Source of the DNA: Felis catus
Lineage: Eukaryota
DNA: 64,000 nt
Direction: 5' to 3'
Assembly: GCF_018350175.1 (NCBI RefSeq)
Contig: NC_058368.1
Coordinates: 83,640,001-83,704,000, forward strand
In this document: one piece after another, positions 38,041 to 49,822 of the stretch
Position numbering within the stretch: position 1 is the stretch's first letter
How the letters are laid out: the number at the start of each line of letters is the position of its first letter
Program-made: the position numbers and the translations under genes
The notes under the pieces: model-generated
Seen by the model: only the letters and a program-made list of their open reading frames with translations
Databases searched by the model: none
Told to the model about the DNA's origin: nothing

Positions 38041-41000
38041 ATTTTAGAGGGGGGGTGCCAGCAAGATGGCAGAGGAGTACCCTAAACTCACCCTGTCTCA
38101 TGTTTACAACTAGATATCGCTCACATCCAAATCAACAAACTGGAGAGTGATATGAAGACTGGCAGAACAGACCACAACTAAATATAGGGAAGAAGTTGTA
38201 TGGAAAAGTTAGGAAGGACAGAAAAGGTGCTTGCTTGGAAGTGGCCCCCAGAAGGGATAGACGAAAGGGGAAAGTACCAGGGAGCCCACATACGGAAAAT
38301 GAATTCTCATAATTCCTGGCCTTGAAAACCAGAAGGGCTGAGCTCCATGAGTTTGTATAACGGGTGGATCTTGCAGCCTGGAGCTTTAACAACCAACTCA
38401 GCCTTGGGAAAGCTGGCAGGGCAAGTGATAACAGGGTCCCTACCCTTAAAGAGTACGAGTAGATGCAACACAGAAGCCACACTTTGTACAATGGGAGGGG
38501 AAGATATTTATACTGAATTTGGGGCATGTTGGGGTAATTCTCTGAGAACAAAGGATCTGTTCCATTTTCTTCCCTTGTCCCCCAGCATAAACACAGAACC
38601 ACTTTCAGAGGCAAGATTGCACTGACACTTGCTACATAGCTTTCTTGCAGTGTGCCCCACCCAGGAGTTCTCCTAAAGACCACCCACAACAAGACTACTG
38701 ACCTCTGCCCAGGACTCAGCAAAAATTTTGTTATTGTTGCCCATGTCCAACCAAGCTGCTGCCTCTGTGGATTGCAACCCCATGACCATTGTGTTTCTGG
38801 GGATCCTGCTTAGGACTTCTGGGTTGGTGCCAATTTTGCTAATGCTGTGTGCACATCACTCACCTGCCATCTGTCCCACCAGCCATTCTCTTTGCCCAGC
38901 TGCTGCACACACAGACACAAGTCACCATGCCAAGCCACCAGGCACACAGATGCTCTGCTCAATAACCATATGCACAGACACCATGTGCCCCTGGCCACCA
39001 TACTACTGGGAATCAACCTAGGACTAGTGGCTCTGCAAATCTTACTAATGGTGCATGTGTGCCCTGTCTAGCTGGCTAGTGCACAGAAGCCAACAACCCC
39101 TAGCCCTTGATTGTGATGCACACAGAGCCCCAGGCCACCACCATATTTCAGGAGAGCCAGCCCAGGACTAGCGGCTCAAGGCAAAGTTTGGTAATGCTGT
39201 GCATATACCCTGTTCAGCCTCTGCCCACAATGTTTCACACCCCCTACCACCACCACTACCCTTTTGTTTGGTGCCCCCCTTTGGCCACCCAGCTGTGGGG
39301 GATCCAGTTTAGGATTAACATCACAGTGCAAATTTTACTAACAGCATCTTCTGCAGTCATACTCCTTCAGAATTGCTCTGCCTGGATCTCATTAAGATTA
39401 CAGAGAGCAAGCACAGACCACAGCAGGCAAAGACTCTGTTGCAGATGTCTGCACTGAATAAAAGATACAATAGCGAAAAATAAGAAACACACATAGGAGT
39501 CTCCCCTGAAGTGTCAGATTCTAATGAACACAGGACAATGCACTACAGAACACTACAGGACCTCCTCTTCATAAAAAATACTTTCAAAAGCAGATAATGC
39601 AGCTAATTTTCCTAGTACACAGAAATACACACACAGAGGTAGACAAAAGGAAGGGACAGAGAAATATGTCCCAAATAAAAGAACAGCACAAAATCACAGT
39701 AGGAGATCTGAAATGAAAAAAATAAATAAGTAATATAACTGATACAGAATTTAAAGTAACAATTATAAAACATATTCATATGACTTCAGAAAATGATGGA
39801 AATAGCAGTAAGAACCTTGACAAAGAGTTAAAAAAATAAAAATCTGAGATGAAGAGCTCAATAAATGATATTAAAAGTACAACAAGTTGAATAAATAGTA
39901 GGATATAGGAAGCAGAGGAATATATCAAGGGCCTGAAGAATAGAGTAATGGAAAACAAACTGAATAGGTGAGAGAAAGACAAATACTGCATAATGAGATT
40001 AACTTCAGAGAAATCAATGACTTGATCAAGCGTAATAATATTTTCATTATAAGGATTCAAGAAGGAAGAGAGAGACAAAATGTGTGTGTGTTGGGGGTGG
40101 GGGGCAAAAGGGGGAAGACAGAAAATGTATTTGAAGAAATAATGGCTGAAAACGTCCTGAATGTGGGGAAGGAAATAGATATCCAGATATAAGAGGTACA
40201 GAGATCCTCTAACAAATTCAATCCAATGAGGTCCACACCAAGACACATAGCAATTAAAATGGCAAAAAAAAGTAATAAAAAATGTTAAAGGTTGAAAGAG
40301 AAAATAAGAAAATTACATACAAAGGATACCTCATAAGGCTATCAGTTGATTTTTCAGCAGAAACTTTTCGGGTCATAAGGGAGTGGCATGGTGTATTCAA
40401 AGGTATAAAAGGGAAAAATCTCCATCCAAAAAGAATATACACAGAAAGGCTATATTTAATAATAGAAGGAAAGATAAAGAATTTATCTGAAAAACAATTT
40501 AAAACAATTCATGACCATTAAACTAACCCTATAAGAAATGTTAATGAGGAATCTGTGAGTGGAAAAAAATAACTAAGAATAAAAAAAATAGGAAAGACAA
40601 AATAAAAAGATATAAAAGATGACACGAAATATCTGAAACATGGAAGGGAGAAGAGTAAAGAATGAGCTCAAAAATAAGGGACCATCAGCTTCATATAGAC
40701 TACTCTATGCAGAAGATGTTATATATAAACTGAATGGTAATTATAAACCAAAAAATAGTAATAGATATGGAAAACATAAAGAGCATGTAATCCAAGTATA
40801 TCATGGAAGAAAATAGGCAAACCATGAAAGAGAGAAAAAGAAGAAAGGTTCAGAGAAAAACAAAATAAATAAAACCTTACAAAACATTGCAGTGAATACA
40901 TATCTATCAATAATTGCTTTAAATTCAAATGAACAAAATAGTCAAAAGAAATAGGTAATAAAGTGGATAAAAATAGAATACTCATCTATACACTACCTAT

Positions 41001-42599
41001 AAGAGATTCATTTAAGACCTAAAGACAACTACAGATTGAGAGTGAGGGGATAGAAAATATTTATCATATAAATGGATGTCAAAAGGAAGTTGAAGTAATA
41101 ATATCTCTATCAGACAAAACAATGCACTTTAAAACAGAGTTCTCAGCAAGACAAAGGACACTATATAATAATAGGAAGGACAATTTGACAAGATTATATA
41201 ACAACTGTAAATATATATACACCCACATGGGAACATCCAAATACATAAAACAGTTAATAGCAAACATAAAAGAACTAATTGATAGTAACACAATAATAGT
41301 TGAGGATTTTAACACTCCACTTACATTGATGGAGAGATCATCCAAACAGACAATAAAAGAAGGAAACAGTAGATTGAATGACACACTGGACCAAATGGAT
41401 TGAACACAAATATTCATAACATTCCATGCTAAAATACTGGAATACACATTCCTTTCAAGTGCACATAGAACATTCTCCAAAATAGATCGCACATTAGGCC
41501 ACTAAACAAGTCTCAACAAATTCAAAAACATTGAAGCAATTTCATGCATTTTTATGAACACAACAGTATGAAATCATAAATCAACCACCAGATAAATCTG
41601 TAAAGAACACAAAAACATGGAGGATAAATAACATGTATTACTAAAAAATGAATGGATAAGCCAAGAAATAATAATAATAATAATTGTAATAATCGAAAAG
41701 TACGTAGCAACAAACACAAATGAAAACATTATGGTCCAAAAGCTTTGGGATGCAGCAAAAGCCATTCTATGAAGGAAGTTTATAGCAAGGCAGGCCTATA
41801 TCAAGAAGCAATAAAAAACTCAAGTAAGCAATCAAAACTTACATCTAAAGGAGGTATAAAAAGAACAATAAACAAAGTCCAAAATCAGTAGAAGGCAGAA
41901 ATACTAAAGCTTAGAGGAGAAAAAGAAAATAACATAGAAACAAAAACAAAAACCATAAAACAAAAAATAAAACATATCAAGGAAACCCGGATCTTGTTCA
42001 TTGAAAAGATGAACAAAATTGATAAATCTCTAGCCAGACTCATCAAAAGGATGTATGTATAGAGAGAAGACTGAAATTAAAGAAAAAAAATCACCAGTGA
42101 AAGCATAAATAACCAACACCACAAAAATACAATGAAATGTATGATAAGAGGTTATGAAAATGTCTAAGCCAAAAAATTAGAATAAATGCATAAACTCTAA
42201 GAAGGATGTAACCTATCACAACTAAAGTATAAATAAATAGAAAATTTGAACAAACGAATTACCAGCACTGAAATTGAATCAGTAATCAAAACATTCTCAA
42301 CAAACAAAACCTACAACCAGATAGCTTCACAGGGAATTTTCACCAAACATTTAAGGAAGAATTAGTAGCTGTTCTACTTAAACTATTCTACAAAATATTA
42401 GAAAGAAATCTTAAAAATTCATTGTATGAGATATCACTCTGATACCAAAGCCAGATAAATATACCACAAAAAAGGAGAAATACAGTCATCAATAGAAGAT
42501 CATTTATCAATAGACCTGATGAACACAGGTCCATAAAACATCAACATAACATTAGCAAGCCAAATTCAACAATACATTAAAAAAATCATTCACAGGACA

Positions 42600-42713
42600 T
42601 GCTATGCTGGCAGCATGGAGACTGCTTAGGATTCTCTCTTTCCTCCTTTCCCTCTTCCTTTCCTCAACTCACTCTCTCTCTCTTTCAAAATACATAAATA
42701 AACTTAAGGAAAC
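42600..42713 (+). mobile_element. 5'-truncated CanSINE
   Basis: gctggcagcatggagactgcttaggattctctct...(CT) tract, A tail; TSD-like aaaatcattcac / aaagtcattcac. Confidence 0.75.
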
Positions 42714-42865
42714 AAAGTCATTCACCACAAACAAGTGGGATTTATTCCTGAGTTACAAGTATGGTTCAATATTCACAAATCCATAAACATGATACATCAC
42801 ATCAATAAGAGGAAGGATGAAAATCATAAGACCATCTCAATAGATTTAGAAAAATGACTTGACTC

Positions 42866-43075
42866 GGGGCACCTGGGTGACTCAGTTGTGCATTAGACTC
42901 TCGTTCAGGTCATGATCTCACAGCTCATGAGTTTGAGCCCCGTGTCGGGCTCTGTGCTCAGAGCCTGGAGACTTCTTTGGATTCTGTGTCTCCCTCTCTC
43001 CCTGTCCCTCCCCCACTTGTGCTCTGTCTCTCTCTCAAAAATAAATAAATATTAAAAAGTTTAAGAAAAAAAGGA
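42866..43075 (+). mobile_element. CanSINE
   Basis: ggggcacctgggtgactcagt head, B box gagtttgagccccg, A tail. Confidence 0.9.
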
Positions 43076-44807
43076 AAAAGCACTTGACAAAGTACAACAC
43101 TCATTCATGGTAAAAGCCCTCACAAAATAGGTTCAGAAAGATCATTCATCAACATAATAAAAGTCCTATATGAAAAACCCACAGTGAGCATCATACTCAC
43201 GAGGAAAAACTGAGAGCTTTAACCCTAAAGTTCTCATGACAAGGATATCCCCTCTCAGCACTTTTATTCAACATTGTACTGGAAGTGCTAGTCACACCAA
43301 TAAAAAAAGAAGTGGCATCCCAATTGGTAAAAATCAAGTAAAACTTTCAAAAAATAAAGAAAAGGAAATAAAACTCACTTATTTGCATGCTACATGGTGC
43401 CGTGTGTGTGTGTGTGTGTGTGTGTGTCACCCTAAAGACTGTATCAAAAACTACTAGAACTGATAAATGAATTAAGTAATGTTGCAGGATACAAGATCAA
43501 TGTTCAGAAATCTGTTGCATTCTATACTCTAATAATGAAGCTGCGGAAAGAAATTTAAAAAGAATTTCATTTATAATTATAAGATACCTATGAATAAACT
43601 TAAACAAAGAGGTGAAAAATTTGTACTCGAAAGCTACAAGACATTAGTGAAAGAAATAAAAGATGACACAAGGAAATGCTCATGGATTGGGAGAACAAAT
43701 ATGAAAATGTATATACTACCGAAAGCAATCTACACATTTTATTTAATCCCTATCAAAATACCAACAGAATTTTTCACAGAACTAGAACAGAGAATTCTAA
43801 AATTTATTTGGAACCACAATAGACCCTGAATAGTCAAAGGAACATTGAAGAAGAAGAGCAAAACTGGAGGTATCACAATTCTTGAATTCAATTTATATTA
43901 TAGTTGTAGTAATCAAAACAGTAAGGTACTGACACAAAAATGGTCTCATAGATCAATGGAACAGGATAGGAAACCCGTAAATATAGCCACAACTTTATTT
44001 TAAAATAATCTGCAACAAATCAGGAAATAATTTTCAATGGTAAAAGGACAATCTGTTCAACAACTGGTATGGGGAAAACTGGTCAGCTACATATGAAACA
44101 ATGTAAATGGACTACTTCTTACACCATATACAAAAGTAAACTCAAAATGGATTAATGACCTAAGTGTGAGACCTGAAACCATAAAAATCTTAGAAGAGAA
44201 CACAGACAGTAATTTCTCACAGACATATTTCTAGATATGTCCCCTGAGACAAGAGAAATAAGAACAAAAATAAACTATGGACTATGAAAAATTAAAAAAC
44301 AAAACAAAACAACAAACTTCAGAACAGCAAAGTAAAAATGAACAACAAAAAAAGCAACGTACTGAATGGAAGAAGACATGTGCAAATGACATACCTGATA
44401 AAAAGGTTGGAATCCAAAATATGTAAAGAACTGTTACAAATCAAAACCCCCCAAAACAATCCAATTAAAAATAGGCAGAAAAATGAACAGATAATTCTCC
44501 AAGGAAGACATCTAGGTGACCAACAGGCCCATGTAAAGATGCTCACAGTACTCATCAACAGGGAAATGCAAATCAAAACTACAATGTGATTTCACTTCAA
44601 ACCTGTAATAATCTAATATTATTAGTTTCAGCAGTAGAATTCAGTGATTCATCACTGACATAAATCACATATTTAACATTTCATTTGCTGTTCTTTTGTG
44701 TATTTTTGTATTTTTTGTGAAGGTATTTAACTCATTGATTTTAAATAAAACTTAAATTATATACATATGCCCCTAGTCAAGTGCTTTTCCTAAATCTATT
44801 GAGATGG

Positions 44808-44851
44808 TCTCTCTCTCTCTCCCTCTCCCTCTCTCTCTCTGTCTCTCTCTC

Positions 44852-44900
<49 letters not shown>

Positions 44901-44935
44901 GTATGTATATACATACACACATACACACACACACA
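44808..44935. repeat. Compound (CT)n(AT)n(CA)n microsatellite
   Basis: Direct reading. Confidence 0.92.
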
Positions 44936-44973
44936 AATTTGAACCAAAAATATATATTTGTAAATACAATATA

Positions 44974-45165
44974 GGGGTGTCTGGTGGCTCAGTAGGCTAG
45001 GTGTCTGACTTCATTTCAGCTCAGTTCATAATCTCATGGACTGTGTGCTCACGTTCTGCATCATGCTTTGTGCTGATACTGCGGAGCCTGCTTGGGATTC
45101 TCTCTCTCCCTCTCTCTCTGTCTTTCACCCACTTGCTCTCTCTCTCTCTCAAAGTAAGTTAAAAA
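44974..45165 (+). mobile_element. CanSINE (older)
   Basis: ggggtgtctggtggctcagt...gagcctgcttgggattctctctct. Confidence 0.85.
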
Positions 45166-45484
45166 CATAAATATAATATATAATCATAATAAATATATAT
45201 AACATATAATTTAATATACAAATATATTTATAATATATATTATATATACATACATATATACATATATATATATACACACACACACATGTTCACAACTGCT
45301 GTCAATACCTATCACCCATTTAACACTGCAAACCTTGCCTCCAGAAACTCTTAGCTTGTTCTGTATAGTTAAGAGTCTGTTTCATGATTTGCTTCTCTCC
45401 TAAATAAATAAATAAATAAATAAACAAACAATCAACAGATATGGACTTCTACTTCTGGCATCTAAAAACAAGTTAGAAAATTGT

Positions 45485-47048
45485 TCTTCCTTTTTAAATT
45501 TATTTATTTAAATTCAAGTTTCTTGACATACAGTGTAGTATTGGTTTCAGGATTAGAACCCAGTGATTCATCACTTACATATAAAACTTGGTGCTCATCC
45601 CCAAAAGCACCCTCCTTTATGCCCATCACCCATTTAGCCCATCCCCTCACATTCCCTCTAGCAATACCCAGTTTGTTCTCTGTATTTAAGTCTCTTATGG
45701 TATTCTTCCCCTTTGTTTTTATCTTATTTTTCCTTCACTTCCCTTATGTTTGTTGAGTTTCTTAAATTCCACATGGGAGTGAAATCATACGTTTGTCTTT
45801 CTCTGACTTATTTCACTTATAATAAATACTACAATCTAATTCTATCCACTTTGTTGAAGATGTCAGGATTTCATTCTTTTATCACCAAGTAATATTACAT
45901 TGTATATGTATACCAACATTTTCTTCATCCATTTATCAGATGATGAACATTTGGACTCTTTCCATAATTTGACTATCGTTGATAGCACTGCTATAAACAT
46001 TGGCATGCATGTGCCATTTCAAATCAGCACTTTTGTATCCTTTGGATAAATACCTAGTAGTGCAATTTCTGGGTGGTAGCATAGTTCTATATTTAAGTTT
46101 TTAAGGCACCTCCAGACTGTTTTACCAAGAAGTTGCACCAGTTTGCATCCCCACCAACAGTGCAAATTTTTCCCTTTTCTCCGCATCCTCAGCAACATCT
46201 GTGTGAAGTGGTATTTCAGTGTGGTGTTGATTTTTATTTCCCTGATGATGAGTCACGTTGAATGTTTTTTCATGTGTCTGTTAGCCATCTGGGTGTCTTC
46301 TTTAGAAAAGTGTCTATGTTTTTTTGCCCATTTCTTCAATGGATTATTTGGGTTCTTTTTTTGGGTGTTGAGTTTTATCAATTCTTTATAGATTTGGGAT
46401 ATTAACCCTTTATCCAATATGTCATATGCAAATATCTTCTCCCATTCTGTAAGTTGCCTTTAGTTTTGTTGATTGTTTCCCTTGCTGTGCGGAAGCTTTT
46501 TATCTTGATGAGGTCCCAATAGTTCATTTTGCTTTTAATTCCATTGCTTCCAGAGATGTGTCTAGTAAGAAGTTGCTGCAGCAGAGGTAAAAGAGGTTTC
46601 TGCCTGAGTTCTCCTGTAGGATTTTGATGGTTTCCTGTCTCACATTTAGATCTTCCATCCATTTGAATTTATTTTTGTGTATGGTGTAAGAAAATGGTCT
46701 AGTTTCATTTTTCTGCATGTCACTGTCCAGTTTCCCCAGCACCATTTGTTGAAGAAACTTTCTTTCTTCCGTTGGATATTCTTTCCCTTTTTATTCCAGA
46801 TTAGCAAGTCATACATCTGTGGGTCCATTTCTGGGTTCTACATTCTGTTGCATTGATCTATGTGTCTGTATTTGTGCCAGTACCATACTGTCTTGATGAT
46901 TGTATATTTGTAATACAGTGTGAAGTCCAGAATAAAGTTGCCTCTAACTTTGGTTTTCTTTTTCAACATTATTTGACTATGCGGGGTCTTTTATGGTTCC
47001 ATACAAAATTTAGGATTGTTCGTTAGATCTCTGAAGAATGCTGGTGTT
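45485..47048 (-). mobile_element. LINE-1 3' portion, cut off by the next element
   Basis: T-rich tail at the left; ORF2 fragments 46402-46828 ([14 protein letters not shown]). Confidence 0.85.
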
Positions 47049-48858
47049 GGGAGGAGCCAAGATGGCAGAACAGCATGGAAGATTTTTATGTGTCTCACAT
47101 CCATGAAATACAGCCAGACCAACACTAAACCATCCTGCACACCTAGAAAACTGATCTGAAGATTAACACAAAAATCTGCACAACCTGAACCACAGAACTC
47201 GGCAAGTACACAGCACAGAGAGGTGAACTGGGGGAGTGAGAAGCTGTGGAGGGCAGGGAGCTGATTTTGCATGCAGGGAGAGGATGGAGATGGGGAGAGA
47301 GTATGGTAAAAGCACTCCCCTCCCAAAAGCAGCTGGAGAGAAAGTGGAAAAGTGGAAACAGCTGCAGGGATTGAACTAAAAAGGGAGAAAGGAGAGGGTT
47401 TAAATTCCATTAAGTCTCTATAAACAGGAGGAGTACAGAGTCTAAAACTCCACAGCTCAATACCTGGTGGTGCTCTAGTGGGAAGGGTGAATCCCTGGGA
47501 GAAGAGCAGAGTCCAGAGGTCTTAGGGCCACACGGGGAGAGCTGGTTCCCCTGCTGGGAGGACACCTGGTAGAGGCTGTGTGGGTCCCACAAAGGCAAGG
47601 CCTAGTGGACCCAGGAGAACAACCACATTTGCTGGTGCTGGAACAAGGTCATTAAGGGTGAAGCCTGGTGCCAGATGTGTGCTGTTATTTTCCATAATCC
47701 TTGAAATGCTGCTGCTACACTATCTTGCAAAGTTTTTCTAGGGCGGGCTGGCACCTGAATGCAGTCTCTGGGCATTGGCAGCAGCACAGTCCAGCAAACA
47801 ATCCTGGGTGTAGCCAGCACCCAGCCATTGCTTGGTGAGACTCTCCTGCAGAGGGGCAGAACAGGTCAAAGCTTCAGTCCCTCAGAAGTAAGAGGTAGGG
47901 AAAAACAGCCACATCTGAGACAAAACTGAGGATGGAGGTGCTGCCTGGACTGTGTAAAAGCAGGAAGTGGACAGAAGCCGAAGACAAAGGACGGGGGCTT
48001 GATTGCTGATCAGGGAGAAGAGAGTTCGGATACTAGAGACTGGGAAGATGGGGACGCCATTTTCAGCACTCCGGAATATTTCATCCTAAAGGAACGTAAT
48101 ATACATACTTCTCCAGTGCACATGGAACGTTCTCTAGAATAGACCACATAATAGGACACAAATCAGCCCTCAACAAGTACAAAAAGCCTGAGACAAAACA
48201 TGCATATTTTAGGAGCACAACGCTATGAACTCAATATCAACCACAAGAAAAAAAAAAATAGACAGGTAACAAATACTTGGAGACTACAGAACATTCTACT
48301 ATAGAATGAGTGGGCTAAACAATAAATTTAAGAGGAAATTAAAAACCTCATGGAAGCCAATAAAAATGATAACACCACAACCCCAAACCTCAGGGATGCA
48401 GCAAAGGTGGTGAAAGGAGGGAAGTATATAGCAATCCAGGCCTTCCTAAAGAAGGAAGAAAGATCTTAGATGCACAACCTAACCTTACGCCTTTAAGAGC
48501 TGGAAAAAGTACAGCAAATGAGACCCAAAACCAGCAGAAGAGAGGAAGTAATAAAAATTAGAGCAGAAATTAATGCTATCAAAAAAAAAAAAAAAAAAAA
48601 CAACAGTAGAACAGATCTATGAAACCAGAAGGTGATTCTTTGAAAGAATTAACAAAATTGACAAACCACTAGCCAGTTTGATCAAAAAGAAAAAGGAAAG
48701 GACCCAAATAAATAAAATCAAGAATGAAAGAGGAAGTGATCACAACCAACACAGCAGAAATAAAAACAATACCAAGAGAGTATTATGAGCAATTATATGC
48801 CAATAAAATGGGAAATCTGGAAGAAATGGACAAATTCCTAGAAAAATACACACTACTA

Positions 48859-49070
48859 GGGGCCCCTGGGTGGCGCAGTCAGTTAAGTGTCCGACTTCAG
48901 CCAGGTCACGATCTCGCGGTCCGTGAGTTCGAGCCCTGCGTCGGGCTCTGAGCTGATGGCTCAGAGCCTGGAGCCTGCTTCCGATTCTGTGTCTCCCTCT
49001 CTCTCTGCCCCTCCCCCATTCATGCTCTGTCTCTCTCTGTCCCAAAAATAAATAAACGTTGAAAAAAAAA
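48859..49070 (+). mobile_element. Young feline CanSINE without visible TSD
   Basis: ggggcccctgggtggcgcagtc...aataaataaacgttgaaaaaaaaa followed directly by host actgaaacagg. Confidence 0.93.
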
Positions 49071-49599
49071 ACTGAAACAGGAAGAAATAGAAAATTTGAA
49101 CAGACCCATAACCAGTAAGGAAATTGAATTAGTAATCAAAAATCTGCCAAAAAACAAGAGTCCAAGACCAGATGAATTTATAGGGGAATTCTACTAAACA
49201 TTTAAGGGAGAGTTAACACCTATTTTCTTGAATCTGTTCTACAAAATAGAAAAGGAAGGAAAACTTCCAAACTCCATGAAGCCAGCATTACCTTGATCTC
49301 CAAACCAGAAAGAGACCCCCTCAAAAGGAGAACTATAGACCAATTTCCGTGATGAACATGGATGCAGAAATCCTCAACAAGATATTAGCCAACAGGATAC
49401 AACAATACATTAAAAAATTATTCACCACAACCAAGTGGGATTTATACCTGGGATGCAGGGCTGGTTCCATATCCACAAAACAGTTAACGTGTTTCATCAC
49501 ATCAATACAAAAAAGGACAAGAACCATATGATCCTCTCAATAGATGCAGAGAAAGCATTTGACAAAATACAGCATCCTTTCTTGATAAAAACCCTCAAG

Positions 49600-49822
49600 G
49601 GGCGCCTGGGTGGCTCAGTAGGTTAAGCGTCCGACTTCAGCTCAGGTCACAATCTCGCGGTCTGTGAGTTCGAGCCCCGCGTCAGGCTCTGTGCTGACAG
49701 CTCAGAGCCTGGAGCCTGTTTCAGATTCTGTGTCTCCCTCTCTCTGACCCTCCCCCGTTCATGCTCTGTCTCTCTCTGTCTCAAAAATAAACAAACGTTA
49801 AAAAAAAATTAAAAAAAAATAA
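49600..49822 (+). mobile_element. Feline CanSINE
   Basis: Perfect 16-bp TSD gataaaaaccctcaag (49584-49599, 49823-49838). Confidence 0.95.

Larger units (their letters stand above)
38049..44605 (+). mobile_element. Older LINE-1 with intact 5' end, degenerate ORF1/ORF2, 3'-truncated
   Basis: gggggggtgccagcaagatggc start; ORF1 fragments 39968-40521 (KRNNIFII, IRLSVDFSAET); EN 41122-41403 (EDFNTPL); ends after EMQIKTTM. Confidence 0.85.
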
